Shown one piece after another: positions 11,815 through 25,599 of a stretch of 64,000 nt of DNA; position 1 is the stretch's first letter, and the number at the start of each line of letters is the position of its first letter. The notes below the pieces were generated by a model, which saw only the letters and a program-made list of their open reading frames with translations, had not been told where the DNA came from and did not search any database. Location: positions 3,348,001 to 3,412,000 of the forward strand of contig OX597834.1 in the NCBI GenBank assembly GCA_951406725.2. The letters are read 5' to 3'. Origin of the DNA: Octopus vulgaris. Taxonomy: Eukaryota. The translations under genes were made by a program, and so were the position numbers.

Positions 11815-12273
11815 ACACACCAGTATTTAATCTCCTTCAAAGTTGTCCCTTTCTGAAGCCACACACTTTATCCAGTGGTGAGAGTATTCTTGGAACTCCT
11901 TGTTTTGGTGGTGGGTGGGGGATGCAGTCTCTTGGATTTTCCCAATATCTTGAAATTTCGTTCTTTTCAAGTAGGATTCTTCCCAGGCCTTGGTTTTGGG
12001 GTCATAGCCACAGACCCATGATTTGCCATCTGTTAGTCTATTTTTGTCTTTCTCAACACAATTAGCCAAAACCTGATCTTTTTGAGACAACCACACTCAA
12101 CACAATTTACTTCTAAGCACTGCCTGGTAAGCAACAGAAGTGAGCAAGAATGAGAGAACTTTGTCTGCATTCACAGCAGAATCCAAGGTCAGTTTATGTG
12201 AAGCAGCTTCACTTTGCATACTTTGGCTCCAGCAGCATAGCAGCAATTCTGATACTTTTTGATCAGACCTCAT
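11815..12273 (-). mobile_element. Mariner fragment (5' TIR plus partial transposase)
   Basis: TIR-like TATGAGGTCTGATCAAAAAGTATC and peptide SWVCGYDPKTK (cf. ESWVYGYDPETK). Confidence 0.7.
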
Positions 12274-13084
12274 ACATGAGGGCATGGAGATTGTGTGGGA
12301 AGGGGGGTGGTAGGAGGAGGAGATGGGTTGTGGGGAAATTTTGACAGAGAACAGATTACATATGTGCAATATATATAAAACTTGCACCTCCATAACATGG
12401 ACCATACCTTCAAACCCACCACTGAAGCTCTATGTAAACATAATGTGAACTACTGCCTAAAATTATCCTCCTGAGAACGACTATATTCACCTATCCACCA
12501 TTGGACAAAATAACATGGATTTTATAATACATCATGGGACGTCTGTATCTTATTTCCCCTTGCTATAACCCAAATCATTTTACTAAGATGGACTTCACTC
12601 ACACCTTCACTTTTCTTCTTATCCTTACTCCTATTCTTTCTCTACTCTTTTTTAAAAAGACAAACACACTGTAGCTATTATTAGCTGTTTTCTTATATGT
12701 GTTAGCCCCTTCCCCAACCACTTAGACCCTCTGAAGAAGCCCAGGGGCAGATTCATTATCCAAGCCTTACCTGCTCATCCCTACATAACACTGAAGAGAT
12801 GGAGATAACCTGCAAGGTTTCGTTGCCTCTTGGCAGAAGAGGAACTAGCACCTGCTCACAATCTGCTCATTCGCTCAATTATTCACCTGTTCCTATGTGA
12901 TTATATGCTTCCACATCCTTGTTCTTGAAATTACCAACTCTTTCTATTTGATATTCTGTACTTCTAATAAACGTGGATGTACTCAAATAATACACTGGAA
13001 TAAAGAGACATGCTAGACTGTTTACCAGCAGATGTCTGTCGATTTTGTATCCTCTCCACTTTCTTATTTGCCTTATATATTCTT

Positions 13085-13306
13085 CGTCATCATCATTTAA
13101 CGTCCGCTTTCCATGCTAGCATGGGTTGGACGATTTGACTGAGGTCTGGCGAACCAGACTCCAATCTGATCTGGCAGAGTTTCTACAGCTGGATGCCCTT
13201 CCTAACACCAACCACTCCAAGAGTGTAGTGGGTGCTTTTACTTACCACCGGCACGAGGGCCAGTTTGGTGGTACTGGCAACAGCCACACCCAATTGGTGC
13301 TTTTTA
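13085..13306 (-). mobile_element. RTE 3'-UTR fragment
   Basis: Same family as 7047 and 9710. Confidence 0.8.
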
Positions 13307-13687
13307 TGTATATATATATATATATATACTAAATATTTTTAGCGTCTATATATGTACGGGACTCCATCTAATGAAAAGCATAATGTATATATATCATTAT
13401 ACTGTAAATTCATTATATTTATATTACTACTACTACTACTATTATGTGTTTCCAATGTTATATTGAAACAAATTTGACTACAGGATTAAAAATAATACCA
13501 CAAATTCAAGTTTTTGTTTTAATATATCCATGTTCTGTGATTGATATTCTTGACCAGGAATTCCACCTGTTACGGATAGTTTACTTCCAAAAGATGAACC
13601 ATCTGCATCCAGAGTTGTGAGCTGGGATCTGCAAATAAGCTTCATGTGAACACAGCTTGGATTTCACCCCTTTTATATAAATATATA

Positions 13688-13830
13688 TCTTTTATCTTTT
13701 ACTTGTTTCAGTCATTTGACTGCAGCCATGCTGGAGCACCACTTTGAAGGGTTTTAGTCAAACTAATCAACCCTAGGAATTATTTTTTGAAGCACGGAGA
13801 CACATGCACATATATACATACATACACATA
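13688..13830 (-). mobile_element. tRNA-SINE 3' fragment
   Basis: TTTTACTTGTTTCAGTCATTTGACTGC.GCCATGCTGGAGCACC, as in the SINE at 39615-40015. Confidence 0.75.
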
Positions 13831-14251
13831 TATATATATATGTCCCTGCTGTAAGGCTTCACTTCCACACACGCTAGCTTAATTTAATTCGTCCTTAGTC
13901 GAAAGACACCTGTTGTTAATCTCCTTTATTTGCATTTGTATTTGTGTACCATTTCTCCATTTTTTTCCGTCCTTGTTTTCGTAAACATTTGCTGCTTTCT
14001 TCCAAGCAATCTCATGCTCTTAGCTTAGTTTTTCCTTGGGGCTAGCCAGATTGGAGCAATCTCGAGTATAACCGAAATTGCGAAGTACAAAGTCCTGAAG
14101 AGAGAAAACTCTGAATGACCCATTCTTGTGTTTTTGTATCGTCTGTCTGCATATTTTGTTGTCCCTTTTTTGTATCATCCAACTGTCTGGATGTTTTGTG
14201 TTCTTGTCGCATTTTTGGTATTCTTTTATATATATATAAACATATATATGT

Positions 14252-15661
14252 ACTGGGTGCAGTGAATAAATTGTCATCTAAATTACGCTGAAATACTAAA
14301 GAGTAAATTTATTCAATAAAACCTCCATTGGCTTCAACCATGGCCTCCAGATGACTTCGGAATCTCCTGCAATTCTTCTGGACAGTCTCTTTGTTTAAGT
14401 TGGTGAATGCTGCCATAATCCTTGCCTTCAGTTAATCTTTGGTGTTACAAGGAGTTTTGTTGGTCTCTTGCTTAATTGCACCCTACACATAATAATCAAG
14501 GGAGTTGCAGCCTGGAGAGTTAGGGGGTGATGTGGTTGCAGAAATTGTCTGACAGCCATGACTGGGTTCTATTTGTGTGGCATGGTACAAAGTACTGTTG
14601 CCAGAAATAGAATCTTCTAGCAGCCATCTCTTGACCCAGGGCAATAATACCTCCTCAAGGCACTTGATGTAGGCCTCCATGTTGAGTGTGAGGCCATGTG
14701 GGAAGAAGGTGAATTGGAGCACAAGGTTATCATCACTAGTGCTCACTTCAAACATCATGATGTTGACTGGATGTTTGATTTTTATCACTCTTGGTACATC
14801 TCCTCAGATTGACACCCAAACACTCTTAAATGTTCATATTGGAGCTTCTGGCATGAATATCAAGCAGTACAGCATGTTGTTTCCAAATTTCTGGCAGAGT
14901 GAATTGTGCCATGGTGCTGTTTTTATCACAGCTAGTGCCCAACTGACCCTACTATACTGTGTAGTTGACAAAATCAAAAACAATGTGCATGCACGAAATT
15001 TAAAATATCATCATCATCATTGTGCGACCGTGGTCGAGACAATGGAATTTACCATGCTACGCCAGACTTCAGGGTCCATCATGGCATTACGGAGGTCCTG
15101 TTGCTGGATGCCTGTATCCCTGGAGATTACATCAGGGTAGAGAGTGTGCGCCCTCTGGTATTGCGAATAAATGGCTTCCAAAGGAGAAGAGTAGAAATTA
15201 CCTCTTTTTCAGCTCTACAACAATGTCCAGCAAACTGGACTCTCCTACCTTTCACAAGAGATGACACAGGTGGTAGTTTCCCATATATTTGCATTTTGGT
15301 TGGATGACGCTTCCACGAGAGATTTTGAGCTCTCATAAGGAGGCGAATGTAGGTTCCATCCAACCGCCTCTCAAGCTTCTTTGATAACGTCCATGTTTCT
15401 GAGCCATATAGTAGAATTGGTTCGACTGTGGCTTTGAAGATTTCAAGTTTGAAGTCTCTACTTAGATTTGATGACCAGATCTTATGCGTATATACAAACA
15501 CCTGGGTCATTCTAAACAGATGTCGACAACAAAGTAGACTGAAAATGAAAGAAGCCTGTCATGTAGAGGGTGCAATGGGTAAATTGTCACCATTTTATAT
15601 TTTTAAAGATCTGGTCATCATTAAAAATATAAAATGGTGACAATTTACCCATTGCACCCTC
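14252..15661 (-). mobile_element. Degenerate DD37D (maT-like) Tc1/mariner element with a nested RTE
   Basis: TIRs CTGGGTGCAGTGAATAAATTGTCA / GAGGGTGCAATGGGTAAATTGTCA, and peptides KHPVNIMMF, AYIKCLEEVLLPWVKR and PPNSPGCNSLDYYV. Confidence 0.8.
15008..15485 (-). mobile_element. 5'-truncated RTE-like LINE (second family)
   Basis: Peptide VEPILLYGSETWTL...RRVQFAGHC and an (ATG)n tail at 15008-15020. Confidence 0.85.
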
Positions 15662-15737
15662 TACATGACAGGCTTCTTTCATTTTCACTCTACCTTGTTG
15701 TCGACATCTGTTTAGAATGACCCAGTTGTGTGTATAC
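15490..15737. repeat. Near-perfect ~115-bp inverted duplication
   Basis: 15490-15606 is the reverse complement of 15621-15737. The spacer AGATCTGGTCATCA is the reverse complement of 15469-15482. Confidence 0.9.
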
Positions 15738-15979
15738 ATCATACTATCAAAAGCATTTAATGATCCTTTTTCTATGCTGTCATGGGTTGGATGGTCTGAC
15801 CCGAACTGATGAGCCACAGGGCTGAGCTCCAGTGTCTGCTTTGGCATAGTTTCTACAACCAGATACCCTGCCTAACACCAACTGCTCCATAGCATGTACT
15901 GAGGTGCCTTATACATGGTACCAGCATGGGTCACCAAGGATTCACAAGTTGAAACCCCATAGCTGAGTGGGTGATAATA

Positions 15980-16185
15980 TTGGTTTCAAATTTTGGCACA
16001 AGATGAGTAATTTCCGGAGAGCAGGGTATGTCAATTACATCGACCCCAGTGCTCTTATTTTATTGGCCCTGAAAGGATGAAAGGCAAAGTTGACCCCAGC
16101 AGAATTAGAACTCAGAATGTGAAGACAGACAATATGCTACAAAGCCCTTTGCATGGTTTGCTAATGATTCTGCCAGCTCATCACC
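15980..16185 (-). mobile_element. tRNA-derived SINE (second family)
   Basis: ATTACATCGACCCCAGT...GAAAGGATGAAAGGCAAAGTTGACC, same family as 25600-25780. Confidence 0.7.
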
Positions 16186-16349
16186 CTGAGTGATATGAAA
16201 GGATGACAAAGGGACAGGAGCAGGGGTCTTGCAGAAGAGGTGAATACACAGGGTCCATGGCTGCAAGGCATGCTACTTCTATGACAGTGATGCTTGTTGA
16301 TACCCATCAAGCAATAGCAAAACACAAAGGCAGCACACACACACATTTA

Positions 16350-16628
16350 TCATCATCGTTTAACGTCTGCTTTCCATGCTATCATGGGTTGGGCGGTTTG
16401 ACCGAGGACTGGTGAGCCAGGAGGCAACACCAGGCTCCAACCTGATCTCACAAAGTTTCTACAGCTGGATGCCCTTCCTAATGCCAACCACTCCGAGAGT
16501 GTAGCGGGTGCTTTTACGTGCCACCGGCATGAAGGCCAGTCAGGCAGTACTGGCAACGGCTATGCTCAAATGGTGTTTCTTACGTGCCACCTGCACAGGA
16601 GCCAGTCCAGCAGCACTGGCAACAACCT
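16350..16628 (-). mobile_element. RTE 3'-UTR fragment
   Basis: Same family as 9710-10000. Confidence 0.8.
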
Positions 16629-16668
16629 CATATATATGATGAGTTTATTTTAATTTCTGTTTCTGAGA

Positions 16669-18292
16669 CCCTCTCACAAGGCTTTGCTTGGCCCAGAGCC
16701 ATCTTCTCACAAGGCTTTGCTTGGCCCAGAGCCATCCTCTCACAAGGCTTTGCTTGGCCCAGAGCCATCCTCTCACAAGGCTTTGCTTGGCCCAGAGCCA
16801 TCCTCTCACAAGGCTTTGCTTGGCCCAGAGCCATCCTCTCACAAGGCTTTGCTTGGCCCAGAGCCATCCTCTCACAAGGCTTTGCTTGGCCCAGAGCCAT
16901 CCTCTCACAAGGCTTTGCTTGGCCCAGAGCCATCCTCTCACAAGGCTTTGCTTGGCCCAGAGCCATCCTCTCACAAGGCTTTGCTTGGCCCAGGGCCATC
17001 CTCTCACAAGGCTTTGCTTGGCCCAGGCCATCCTCTCACAAGGCTTTGCTTGGCCCAGAGCCATCCTCTCACAAGGCTTTGCTTGGCCCAGAGCCATCCT
17101 CTCACAAGGCTTTGCTTGGCCCAGAGCCATCCTCTCACAAGGCTTTGCTTGGCCCAGAGCCATCCTCTCACAAGGCTTTGCTTGGCCCAGAGCCATCCTC
17201 TCACAAGGCTTTGCTTGGCCCAGAGCCATCCTCTCACAAGGCTTTGCTTGGCCCAGAGCCATCCTCTCACAAGGCTTTGCTTGGCCCAGAGCCATCCTCT
17301 CACAAGGCTTTGCTTGGCCCAGAGCCATCCTCTCACAAGGCTTTGCTTGGCCCAGAGCCATCCTCTCACAAGGCTTTGCTTGGCCCAGAGCCATCCTCTC
17401 ACAAGGCTTTGCTTGGCCCAGAGCCATCCTCTCACAAGGCTTTGCTTGGCCCAGAGCCATCCTCTCACAAGGCTTTGCTTGGCCCAGAGCCATCCTCTCA
17501 CAAGGCTTTGCTTGGCCCAGAGCCATCCTCTCACAAGGCTTTGCTTGGCCCAGAGCCATCCTCTCACAAGGCTTTGCTTGGCCCAGGGCCATCCTCTCAC
17601 AAGGCTTTGCTTGGCCCAGAGCCATCCTCTCACAAGGCTTTGCTTGGCCCAGAGCCATCCTCTCACAAGGCTTTGCTTGGCCCAGAGCCATCCTCTCACA
17701 AGGCTTTGCTTGGCCCAGAGCCATCCTCTCACAAGGCTTTGCTTGGCCCAGAGCCATCCTCTCACAAGGCTTTGCTTGGCCCAGAGCCATCCTCTCACAA
17801 GGCTTTGCTTGGCCCAGAGCCATCCTCTCACAAGGCTTTGCTTGGCCCAGAGCCATCCTCTCACAAGGCTTTGCTTGGCCCAGAAACATCCTCTCACAAA
17901 GCTTTGCTTGGCCCAGAGCCATCTTCTCCCAGAGCCATCCTCTCACAAGGCTTTGCTTGGCCCAGAGCCATCCTCACAAGGCTTTGCTCCCACCATCCTC
18001 TCACAAGGCTTTGCTTGGCCCAGAAACATCCTCTCACAAGGCTTTGCTTGGCCCAGAGCCATCTTCTCACAAGGCTTTGCTTGGCCCAGAGCCATCCTCT
18101 CACAAGGCTTTGCTTGGCCCAGAAACATCCTCTCCAGGCTTTGCTTGGCCCAGAGCCATCTTCTCACAAGGCTTGCTTGGCCCAGAGCCATCCTCTCACA
18201 AGGCTTTGCTTGGCCCAGAAACATCCTCTCACAAGGCTTTGCTTGGCCCAGAGCCATCTTCTCACAAGGCTTTGCTTGGCCCAAAGCCATCC
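16669..18292. repeat. 33-bp minisatellite (~49 units) CCTCTCACAAGGCTTTGCTTGGCCCAGAGCCAT inside a SINE
   Basis: Direct tandem units. The unit and both flanks align to the SINE at 39860-40005. Confidence 0.95.
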
Positions 18293-19256
18293 TAGAAGGC
18301 TTGCAGTAGAAGTGAAACCAAAACCATATGGTTGGAAAGCCAACTTTGTAACTACACAGCTGTGAAGAAAATAGAATTTCGAAGTTTCAAACAATAATAG
18401 AAAAGAATATTGAAACACATTTTGTAGTTTGGTCCAATGGTGACCGCTCACTACTGGACATGACCTCTATGCCTCAGCAATGAACAATGACTAAAACAAT
18501 GGTGTCTGCACCATGTGATATGCTTGCCCTGCCAGTGGGGCAACATGGACTCTTGGGCTGCAGGGCTGAAACATTACTTCACCAATTGTTGGATGTGGTC
18601 AGCATTCTTGACGGACACCGCAAACTTGTTGTTTGGGGCCAGCTCAGCCCTAACCCTCCACCAGATGAATGCAACTGCAAATACAAGTAAACACTACCAA
18701 ATTTACTAGAAAATTTGCAGAAGACTCAACTACATCTCAGGTCTGCTGTGGTGAGACTTTTGAAGAAAAATCTGTCATAGAAGCAAGAAATTCTTGCATA
18801 TCTCATCATCTCCATCATCATTTAAACTCCACGTTCCTTGCTGGCATGAGTTGGATATTTGGACAGGATCACATGGGTCCCATGTCTCGTTTGACATGAT
18901 TTTTAGGGCTCAGTGCCTTTCCTAATGCCAACTACTTTATGGAGTGTATGGGGTGCTTTTTGTTATGCCAGTAGCGCTAGTGAAGCTGTTGTGCAATTTG
19001 CAAGACTAGGAATTCTGGGAGGGACAGATAATGTTATGCTAAGAGACAAGGAGCAACAAAGGTTTTCTACTTCAAGTGAACCAGACACAAGTGACAAAGC
19101 TACATCAAATGATGAACCTAAAATGAAAGACAAGGAAACATCGAGGCAGCTGTTTGTTATTTATAAATATACTTAAATCATTAGGTTCAAAAATGTTATT
19201 TTATCAATTCATACTTGACATTTTTAAATAGCAAAGACTGATTTTCACATTACTTT

Positions 19257-19575
19257 CATCATCATCATCATCATCATCGTTTAATGTCCGTTTTCCGCGC
19301 TAGCACGGGTTGGACGGTTCGACCGGGGTCTGGGAAGCCAGGAGGCTGCTCCAGGCTCCAGTCTGATCTGGCAGAGTTTCTACGGCTGGATGCCTTTCCT
19401 AATGCCAACCACTCCGCGAGTGTAGTGGGTGCTTTTTACGTGCCACCTGCACAGGTGCCAGGGGGGGTCCAGCATCGGTTACGATCGGTTGGAGCTTTTA
19501 ACGTGCCAGCGGCACGGAAGCCCGCCAAGGCGGCACTGCAACGTTCGGATGGTCTTTTTTATGTGCAACAGGCAT
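19257..19575 (-). mobile_element. RTE 3'-UTR fragment
   Basis: (CAT)n plus the family consensus. An older copy lies at 18803-19010. Confidence 0.8.
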
Positions 19576-19670
19576 GGATATAATAACACTGATGATGATG
19601 ATGATGATGAAGAAGGTGGTGGTGGTGGTGATGAGACAAGGAGACACAAATTGTCATCCATTTTGCATTA

Positions 19671-19890
19671 AGTTTAAGGTTACATTCATACTTGCAAATT
19701 AAGATTCAGTTTAACCGTCAAGTCATGAAGGAATCATACTAGAAATAAAAGAAATGATAGAACTGTAGAAATTGAAATCAACATCAGAATTGGTCCCTTG
19801 GTGGGATACATCTATAATAACATTTATTTATAATAACATAGTAACAAGAATATATGTAAGATACATGAAACAATGTATAGAAGATGCAGA
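19671..19890. repeat. Dispersed repeat also found at 49551 and 55971
   Basis: AAGTTTAAGGTTACATTCATACTTGCAAATTAAGATTCAG... is near-identical in three places. Confidence 0.85.
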
Positions 19891-20820
19891 ATACATACAA
19901 GATATCATATGCACATAATGACATAAATGAAATATTTTCTTTAATGGTTTCTGTATTTCTTACCTAATAACTGTACAGGAATGTGTAATGGCTGGGTCAT
20001 CAGTTGTAACGATGAAGTTAATTTGTTTCGGTTGAAATTAATTTGATAAACAACAAACGTTGATTTGTGAACAATAATATGATAAACGATAGTTGATAGA
20101 CAGCAGGATGGAATGTCGGGGTCGGAACCAGTTTGTAAGGATTGGTTCTCTGTTGATTGCCATTATGTAAAGATGAAAGAACTGTGATTGAAGTTGTGAA
20201 GAAAATATTTATTTTACCGTTACATCATACAATACCTTGCCTCGACGGGCAGGTGATGCAATTGTAAAGCATGCAAAGTAAAGTTAGATGTTGTAGATTT
20301 TCCTTGTATAATTTGTGTACACATTCTCTTAGTAGTAATCCACAAAAAGAGATAGAGTGATGTTGTAAGAGAAAATAAGTGAGAGTGAGAGAGTGTAGGA
20401 TGTTGTCTCATATAGTCTCTGATTGTAAAGTTCTTTCTTTTCCCCTCTGGCCGTTTGTCTTTTGTGACTACCTGCTTGTGGCCATGATTCTAGTGGTAGT
20501 AATTAATGGTAGTTCTCACTAACTGATTTTTGCTTGGGGGTTCTTGTTTTTATAACTATCCAGAAGGATAGACATATCGTTGAGAACAATGGTGGTACAG
20601 TGATATTTTAATTCTAGCTTTTGGTGAAATAGAAGAGGTTAGAACAGTCAAGTGGTGAAGATGTTATTTTGCTTAGCTAAGGCATCTGGCAAATGTAACT
20701 AGTCACTTAGAAAAACCACTGTTCCACTGTGAGAAAAGTTCTGTTGAAGTGTTCATTTAAATTTGGCTATCTAGGATCAAATCCACTTCATGCTTGCAAA
20801 ATCCACTACACAGGGATGTT

Positions 20821-21632
20821 ATAATAATAATAATAATTGTGTACAGTGCTCAGGTGCACTACAACTCATCTAAAGTGTATATATAATCAGGTGAAGTTTC
20901 GGCGGATTTCGGAAAGCATGAGGGCCTTAAAAGATGCAGTGTCATGGCAGTCAACAACTGACGCAGGCAGTTTATTCCATGCTTCAGCAACTCTGAGCGT
21001 GAAAAAATGTTTCCGAAAGTCATGGGAGCTGTATTGTTTTCTGACTTTGTAGGCATGTCCACGTGTGTTAGACACATGGAGATCAAAAAGGTGTTCAGTG
21101 TTGTTGTTGGTGAGGTGGTTGATAACTTTGTGGGTGTTTACCAAGTCCGTCGCCAAACGCCGGAGCTTCAGTGAATCCATGCCCAGGAAACAAGGCACTC
21201 AGAATATGGTAGGTGTCTGATGGAGGGTATGCGTTTGGTTGCACGTCTCTGGACAGATTCCAGGAGGTCAATGTTCTGTGCAAGATAGGGGTTCCAAACT
21301 GATGATGCGAATTCCAAGTGTGGTCGTACCATAGCTGTATACAGTTTTAAATAGATGGCTGGAGAGCGGCTAACAAAAGACCTGCTGAGTGATGCCAAGA
21401 CACCCTCGGCCTTCCTGACAATCTTAGAGATATGCTTTGACCAACGCAAATCACTGCTGACAGTGATGCCTAGGTCACGCTCGCAAGAGGATTTCTTGAT
21501 ATCAGTGTTGTGGAGGGAGTATGTGAACGCAGGGTTTTTTCTCCCAAAATGCATGGTGGTACACTTGTCCACAGCCAGTTTCAGTTGCCAGTCTGTGATC
21601 CATTGCTGCATTGTGTCTAGGTCTGATTGCAG
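20821..21632 (-). mobile_element. 5'-truncated CR1-clade LINE
   Basis: Peptides WQLKLAVDKC, ERDLGITV, VRPHLEFASSVWNP, LESVQRRATK, RGHAYK and FFTLRVAEAWNKLP, with one frameshift and a (TTA)n tail. Confidence 0.93.
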
Positions 21633-22355
21633 TATAGTATGACTTATGAGAATAAATTCCTCAGTTATTTGCCAACAATGTCAAATAAAAACTAAATGTG
21701 TCTTTTCTCCCTTCGGGAAATAAGTGAGATGAAATAGTAAGAATATTTTGATAGAATAAAACGATTTTATTAAAAATATCACAGAGGTAAGTTACCTTGC
21801 CAATGAAAATATAGACGAAGCTATAGAAAATCAAGTGTTGGGGTAGTGTTACCACCCTGTTATCGTAGATACAGTATATTACCAACATTTTGATTATCAA
21901 ATTGATCTTTACTTCTTCCTCCTTTTTATTCAAAAATTGAAATATTTACCAACAAGAAGTTCGAAAGTGAATTTCATTAACAAAATTTATAAATGAAAAA
22001 ATATTAATTCTTGTTTACATCACAGGTAGCCTTCCACTTTTTTCCCCATCCAAGGTTTTTTTTTAGCCCAGTATTTTACACATACTTATTCAGAGTTTTA
22101 ATCTTCTTTGAGTTCCATCATTAAAAGTAATTTACTAATTTCTGTACTTCAACATCTAGTATCACTAATGGAAAATATTGATACTTTCATAAGTAGGATA
22201 TTCAAGTGGTGTTTTGGTAGAATTACAAAATTTACTGCATGGAAAAGTATCAATATGTATGGAATTAAAACAAGAAAAAGGAAAAATGTATTTGATCCAC
22301 AAAAATTTAATGGTCTACAAGCAGTACTTTATTTAACACAATCCAAATTTGGATA

Positions 22356-23948
22356 TTAATACTGTTTTGTATGAAGAGTTATATGTTTGGTTAAATGACA
22401 TTTCTGAGGAAATGATTTACCACAGATATTACAATGATGCTGTTTCTCTCCCACATGAATATGTCTGTGTTTAGTTAAGTAACTACTTGCAGAGAATGAT
22501 TTATCACATATCTCACAGTGATATGGCTTCTCTCCAGTATGAAGACGCTTGTGAATAGTTAAGTGACGACTTCCAGTGAATGATTTACCACAGATATCAC
22601 AGTGGTATGGCTTTTCCCCTGTATGAATACGTTTATGTTTGATTAAGTTACTTCCATCAGAGAATGATTTACCACAGATATCACAGTGATATGGTTTCTC
22701 TCCAGTATGAACACGCTTGTGTCTAGTTAAGTCACCATTTCGAGAGAATGATTCACCACAGATGTCACAGCCATAGGGTTTCTCTCCTGTATGAATGTAT
22801 TTGTGAGCAGTTAGATGGCTACTATTATTGAACGAATTACCACAGATATTACACTGAAATGGCTTCTCTCCTGTATGAAGACGTTTATGAGTCGTTAAGT
22901 GACTACTTACAGACAAGGATTTACCACAGATATCACAGTGATATGGCTTCTCTCCTGTGTGAATGCGTTTGTGAGTAGTTAAGTTAATATTTACAGAAAA
23001 TGATTTACCACAAATGTTACAATGAAATGGTTTTTCTCCTGTATGAATACGTTTATGCTTAGTTAGGACACTACTTTCAGAGAAGGATTTACCACAGATA
23101 TCGCAATGATATGGTTTCTCTCCTGTGTGGATACGCTTGTGGCTACTTAAGTGACTTATTTGGGAGAATGATTTATTACAGATATCACAGTGATACGGTT
23201 TCTCTCCTGTGTGGATATGTTTGTGTATAGTTAAAGCACTACTGGCAGAGAATGTTTTACCACAGACTTCACAGTGATATGGTTTCTCTCCAGTATGAAC
23301 ACGTTTGTGTTTAGTTAAGTCACCATTTCGAGAGAACGATTCACCACAGATATCACAGCCATAGGGTTTCTCTCCTGCATGAATGTTTTTGTGAGAAATT
23401 AAGTGACTACTATCAGTGAATGACTTACCACAGATATCACAGCGATATACTTTCTCTCCTGTATGAAGACGTTTGTGTATATTTAATTTACTATTTGTTA
23501 AGACTGATTTGCCGCAGATATCACAGCGATATGGTTTCTCTCCTGAATGCACACGTTTGTGGCTACTTAAGCGACCTATTTGAGAAAATGATTTTCCACA
23601 GATATCACACTGATATGGCCTCTCTCCCGTATGAATGTGTTTGTGTCTAGTTAAATCAATCCTTCCAGAGAATGATTTACCACAGATGTCACACTGATAC
23701 GGTCTCTCTCTACTATGAACATGTTTGTGTTTAGTTAAGTCACCATTTTGAGTGAATGAACCACCACAAACATCACACTGATATGGTTTCTCTCCTGCAT
23801 GACTCCGTTTGTGAACAGTTAGGTTACTTTCCCAAGAGAATGTCTTTTTACAGACATCACACTGATAACATGTTTCTACTTCCTCTTTCTTTTCGTCACA
23901 AAGAAAACGAATACTATCAGGCTGTCTTCTACATAGTTTATCTGCCAT
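22356..23948 (-). CDS. C2H2 zinc-finger protein, gene 2 (18 fingers)
   Basis: Intact 530-aa ORF of tandem fingers. Acceptor TTTCAG|AATATTGGATGACATT at 24075. Confidence 0.95.
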   Translation of the reverse strand: MADKLCRRQPDSIRFLCDEKKEEVETCYQCDVCKKTFSWESNLTVHKRSHAGEKPYQCDVCGGSFTQNGDLTKHKHVHSRERPYQCDICGKSFSGRIDLTRHKHIHTGERPYQCDICGKSFSQIGRLSSHKRVHSGEKPYRCDICGKSVLTNSKLNIHKRLHTGEKVYRCDICGKSFTDSSHLISHKNIHAGEKPYGCDICGESFSRNGDLTKHKRVHTGEKPYHCEVCGKTFSASSALTIHKHIHTGEKPYHCDICNKSFSQISHLSSHKRIHTGEKPYHCDICGKSFSESSVLTKHKRIHTGEKPFHCNICGKSFSVNINLTTHKRIHTGEKPYHCDICGKSLSVSSHLTTHKRLHTGEKPFQCNICGNSFNNSSHLTAHKYIHTGEKPYGCDICGESFSRNGDLTRHKRVHTGEKPYHCDICGKSFSDGSNLIKHKRIHTGEKPYHCDICGKSFTGSRHLTIHKRLHTGEKPYHCEICDKSFSASSYLTKHRHIHVGEKQHHCNICGKSFPQKCHLTKHITLHTKQY

Positions 23949-25599
23949 CCTTTTCCTTCTCTCATCACAGGTATTTTACCTTTTCTTGTTATATTTTCTC
24001 CTTCAGCTCTTTTTCAGTCAACTCTATTTTTGTTGAGATTTGAAGATACTTTTATGGCAATGTCATCCAATATTCTGAAATAAAAGGGAAACAATATAAA
24101 ATATGGAGAATATTTAAAACATAAAGGTTTTACTGTATTTCTTTTATGCTAATAAACTTCAGATAAAAACCTTCACTTGGACAATGGAACTCATCCAATA
24201 CATCCAGCCCTTTTCTAGATACATTATCATTGTTTTATACCCTCGTCTACTTTTCCATGTGTGCAGGTGTTGTTCTTGACTTTCAACAATCAGCTGCACT
24301 CCTTGTCCCCAACCCTTGACTGTTCCTAAACTATATTTTCTCGAGTCTACTGACCAATGGACAGGCAGAGACTGTGCCAAACTCTACTGTCTCCTTAGGC
24401 GTAGCTTCTATGGCTGGATGACATTACTAATGCAAACCAGTTTTTACGTGGCACCAACCACAGTGAGATCACCAAGTAGCTTCCAGCCCCAACAGAAATG
24501 GGTGGGGGTGGGGTGATATTGAAGGAGATGGTTTTGTATCAGCTGATGAGAAGTGTGACAAAGGGACAGAAACAGGTGTCTTACTATAGAGAAGATGCAC
24601 GATTACCCCAGTCTGAGGGAGAGAGTGAGTGAGAGTGTAAGAGATGAGTGTCACTGTTACACAAGTGATGTCATCCATTTCTAATATCCAGCAAAAACAT
24701 GCCTGACCATGAGGGAAACATTACTTTGTTTGGAAACAAGTAAGGGTTGGCATCAGGAAAGGCATCCAGTCATAGAAAACCTGTTTCAATAAACATTGTC
24801 TGATCCTGGCTAGCAATGTGGACATTAAAATATCATATGTATATAAATACAAAAATTTGATATATAGTCAATTCAAATAAACAATTAAAAAACAAAGAAA
24901 AGAAGAAAAAAACGAACGTACAAAAAATATATTAATTTGATGCTCAGTGAAGGGAAAGAGCTGTTAATGTTTTAAACATGGCTCTACATTGGAAACAGGA
25001 GGTGATATAAGGAAAAATCACCAACAGTCCATGTGTATACACACACACACAAGGATACATACACACGTGGCGCGCACACAACCTGATACATATATCATCA
25101 TCATCATCATCATCGCCATGCTGGCATGGGTCAGACAGTTTGACATGAACTGATGAGCCAGAGTTTGCTTTTTCATGACTTTTATAGCTGGATACCCTTC
25201 TTAACGCCAACCACTCCACACAGAGTACTGGATACTTTCTTTGTGCTAGCAGCACTGGTGAAGTCGCCAAGTACCTGCAAGGTGAGATCCCTCATCTCAG
25301 TGGGGTATAGTATTGAAGGATATGAAAGTATGCTAGAATGATAGGAGCAAGTGTTTTGCTAGAGAGAGAGAAAGTGATGATGAGTCTGGGTACAAGATGG
25401 AGAGAGAGAGAGAGAGTGGGTGTGTATGTGTGTGTGATGGGAAGTCAAGATACAAGATGGAGAGAGTGAGGAACAAAAAGATGGGTAAGTGTAAGGAATG
25501 AGGATTGAATTGGACACATTGAATATGAGTTTGGAGGAGGGGAGGTGGAGGATATGAGTGGGTTAAGGGGCTAAATACAGAGAGGACAAACAATGACAG

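Noticed and set aside
12725-12935. Two CTGAAGA motifs in a possible Penelope remnant
   Set aside because: No convincing stem II/GAAA/stem III could be built.
14095-14120. CTGAAGA-GAG-AAAA-CTC-TGAA hammerhead-like string
   Set aside because: The core spacing is wrong and there is no stem I or III.
16584-18365. Long ORFs (297-593 aa) in several frames; CRISPR-like appearance
   Set aside because: These result from a 33-bp unit that lacks stops in most frames. There are no spacers, no cas genes, and the context is eukaryotic.
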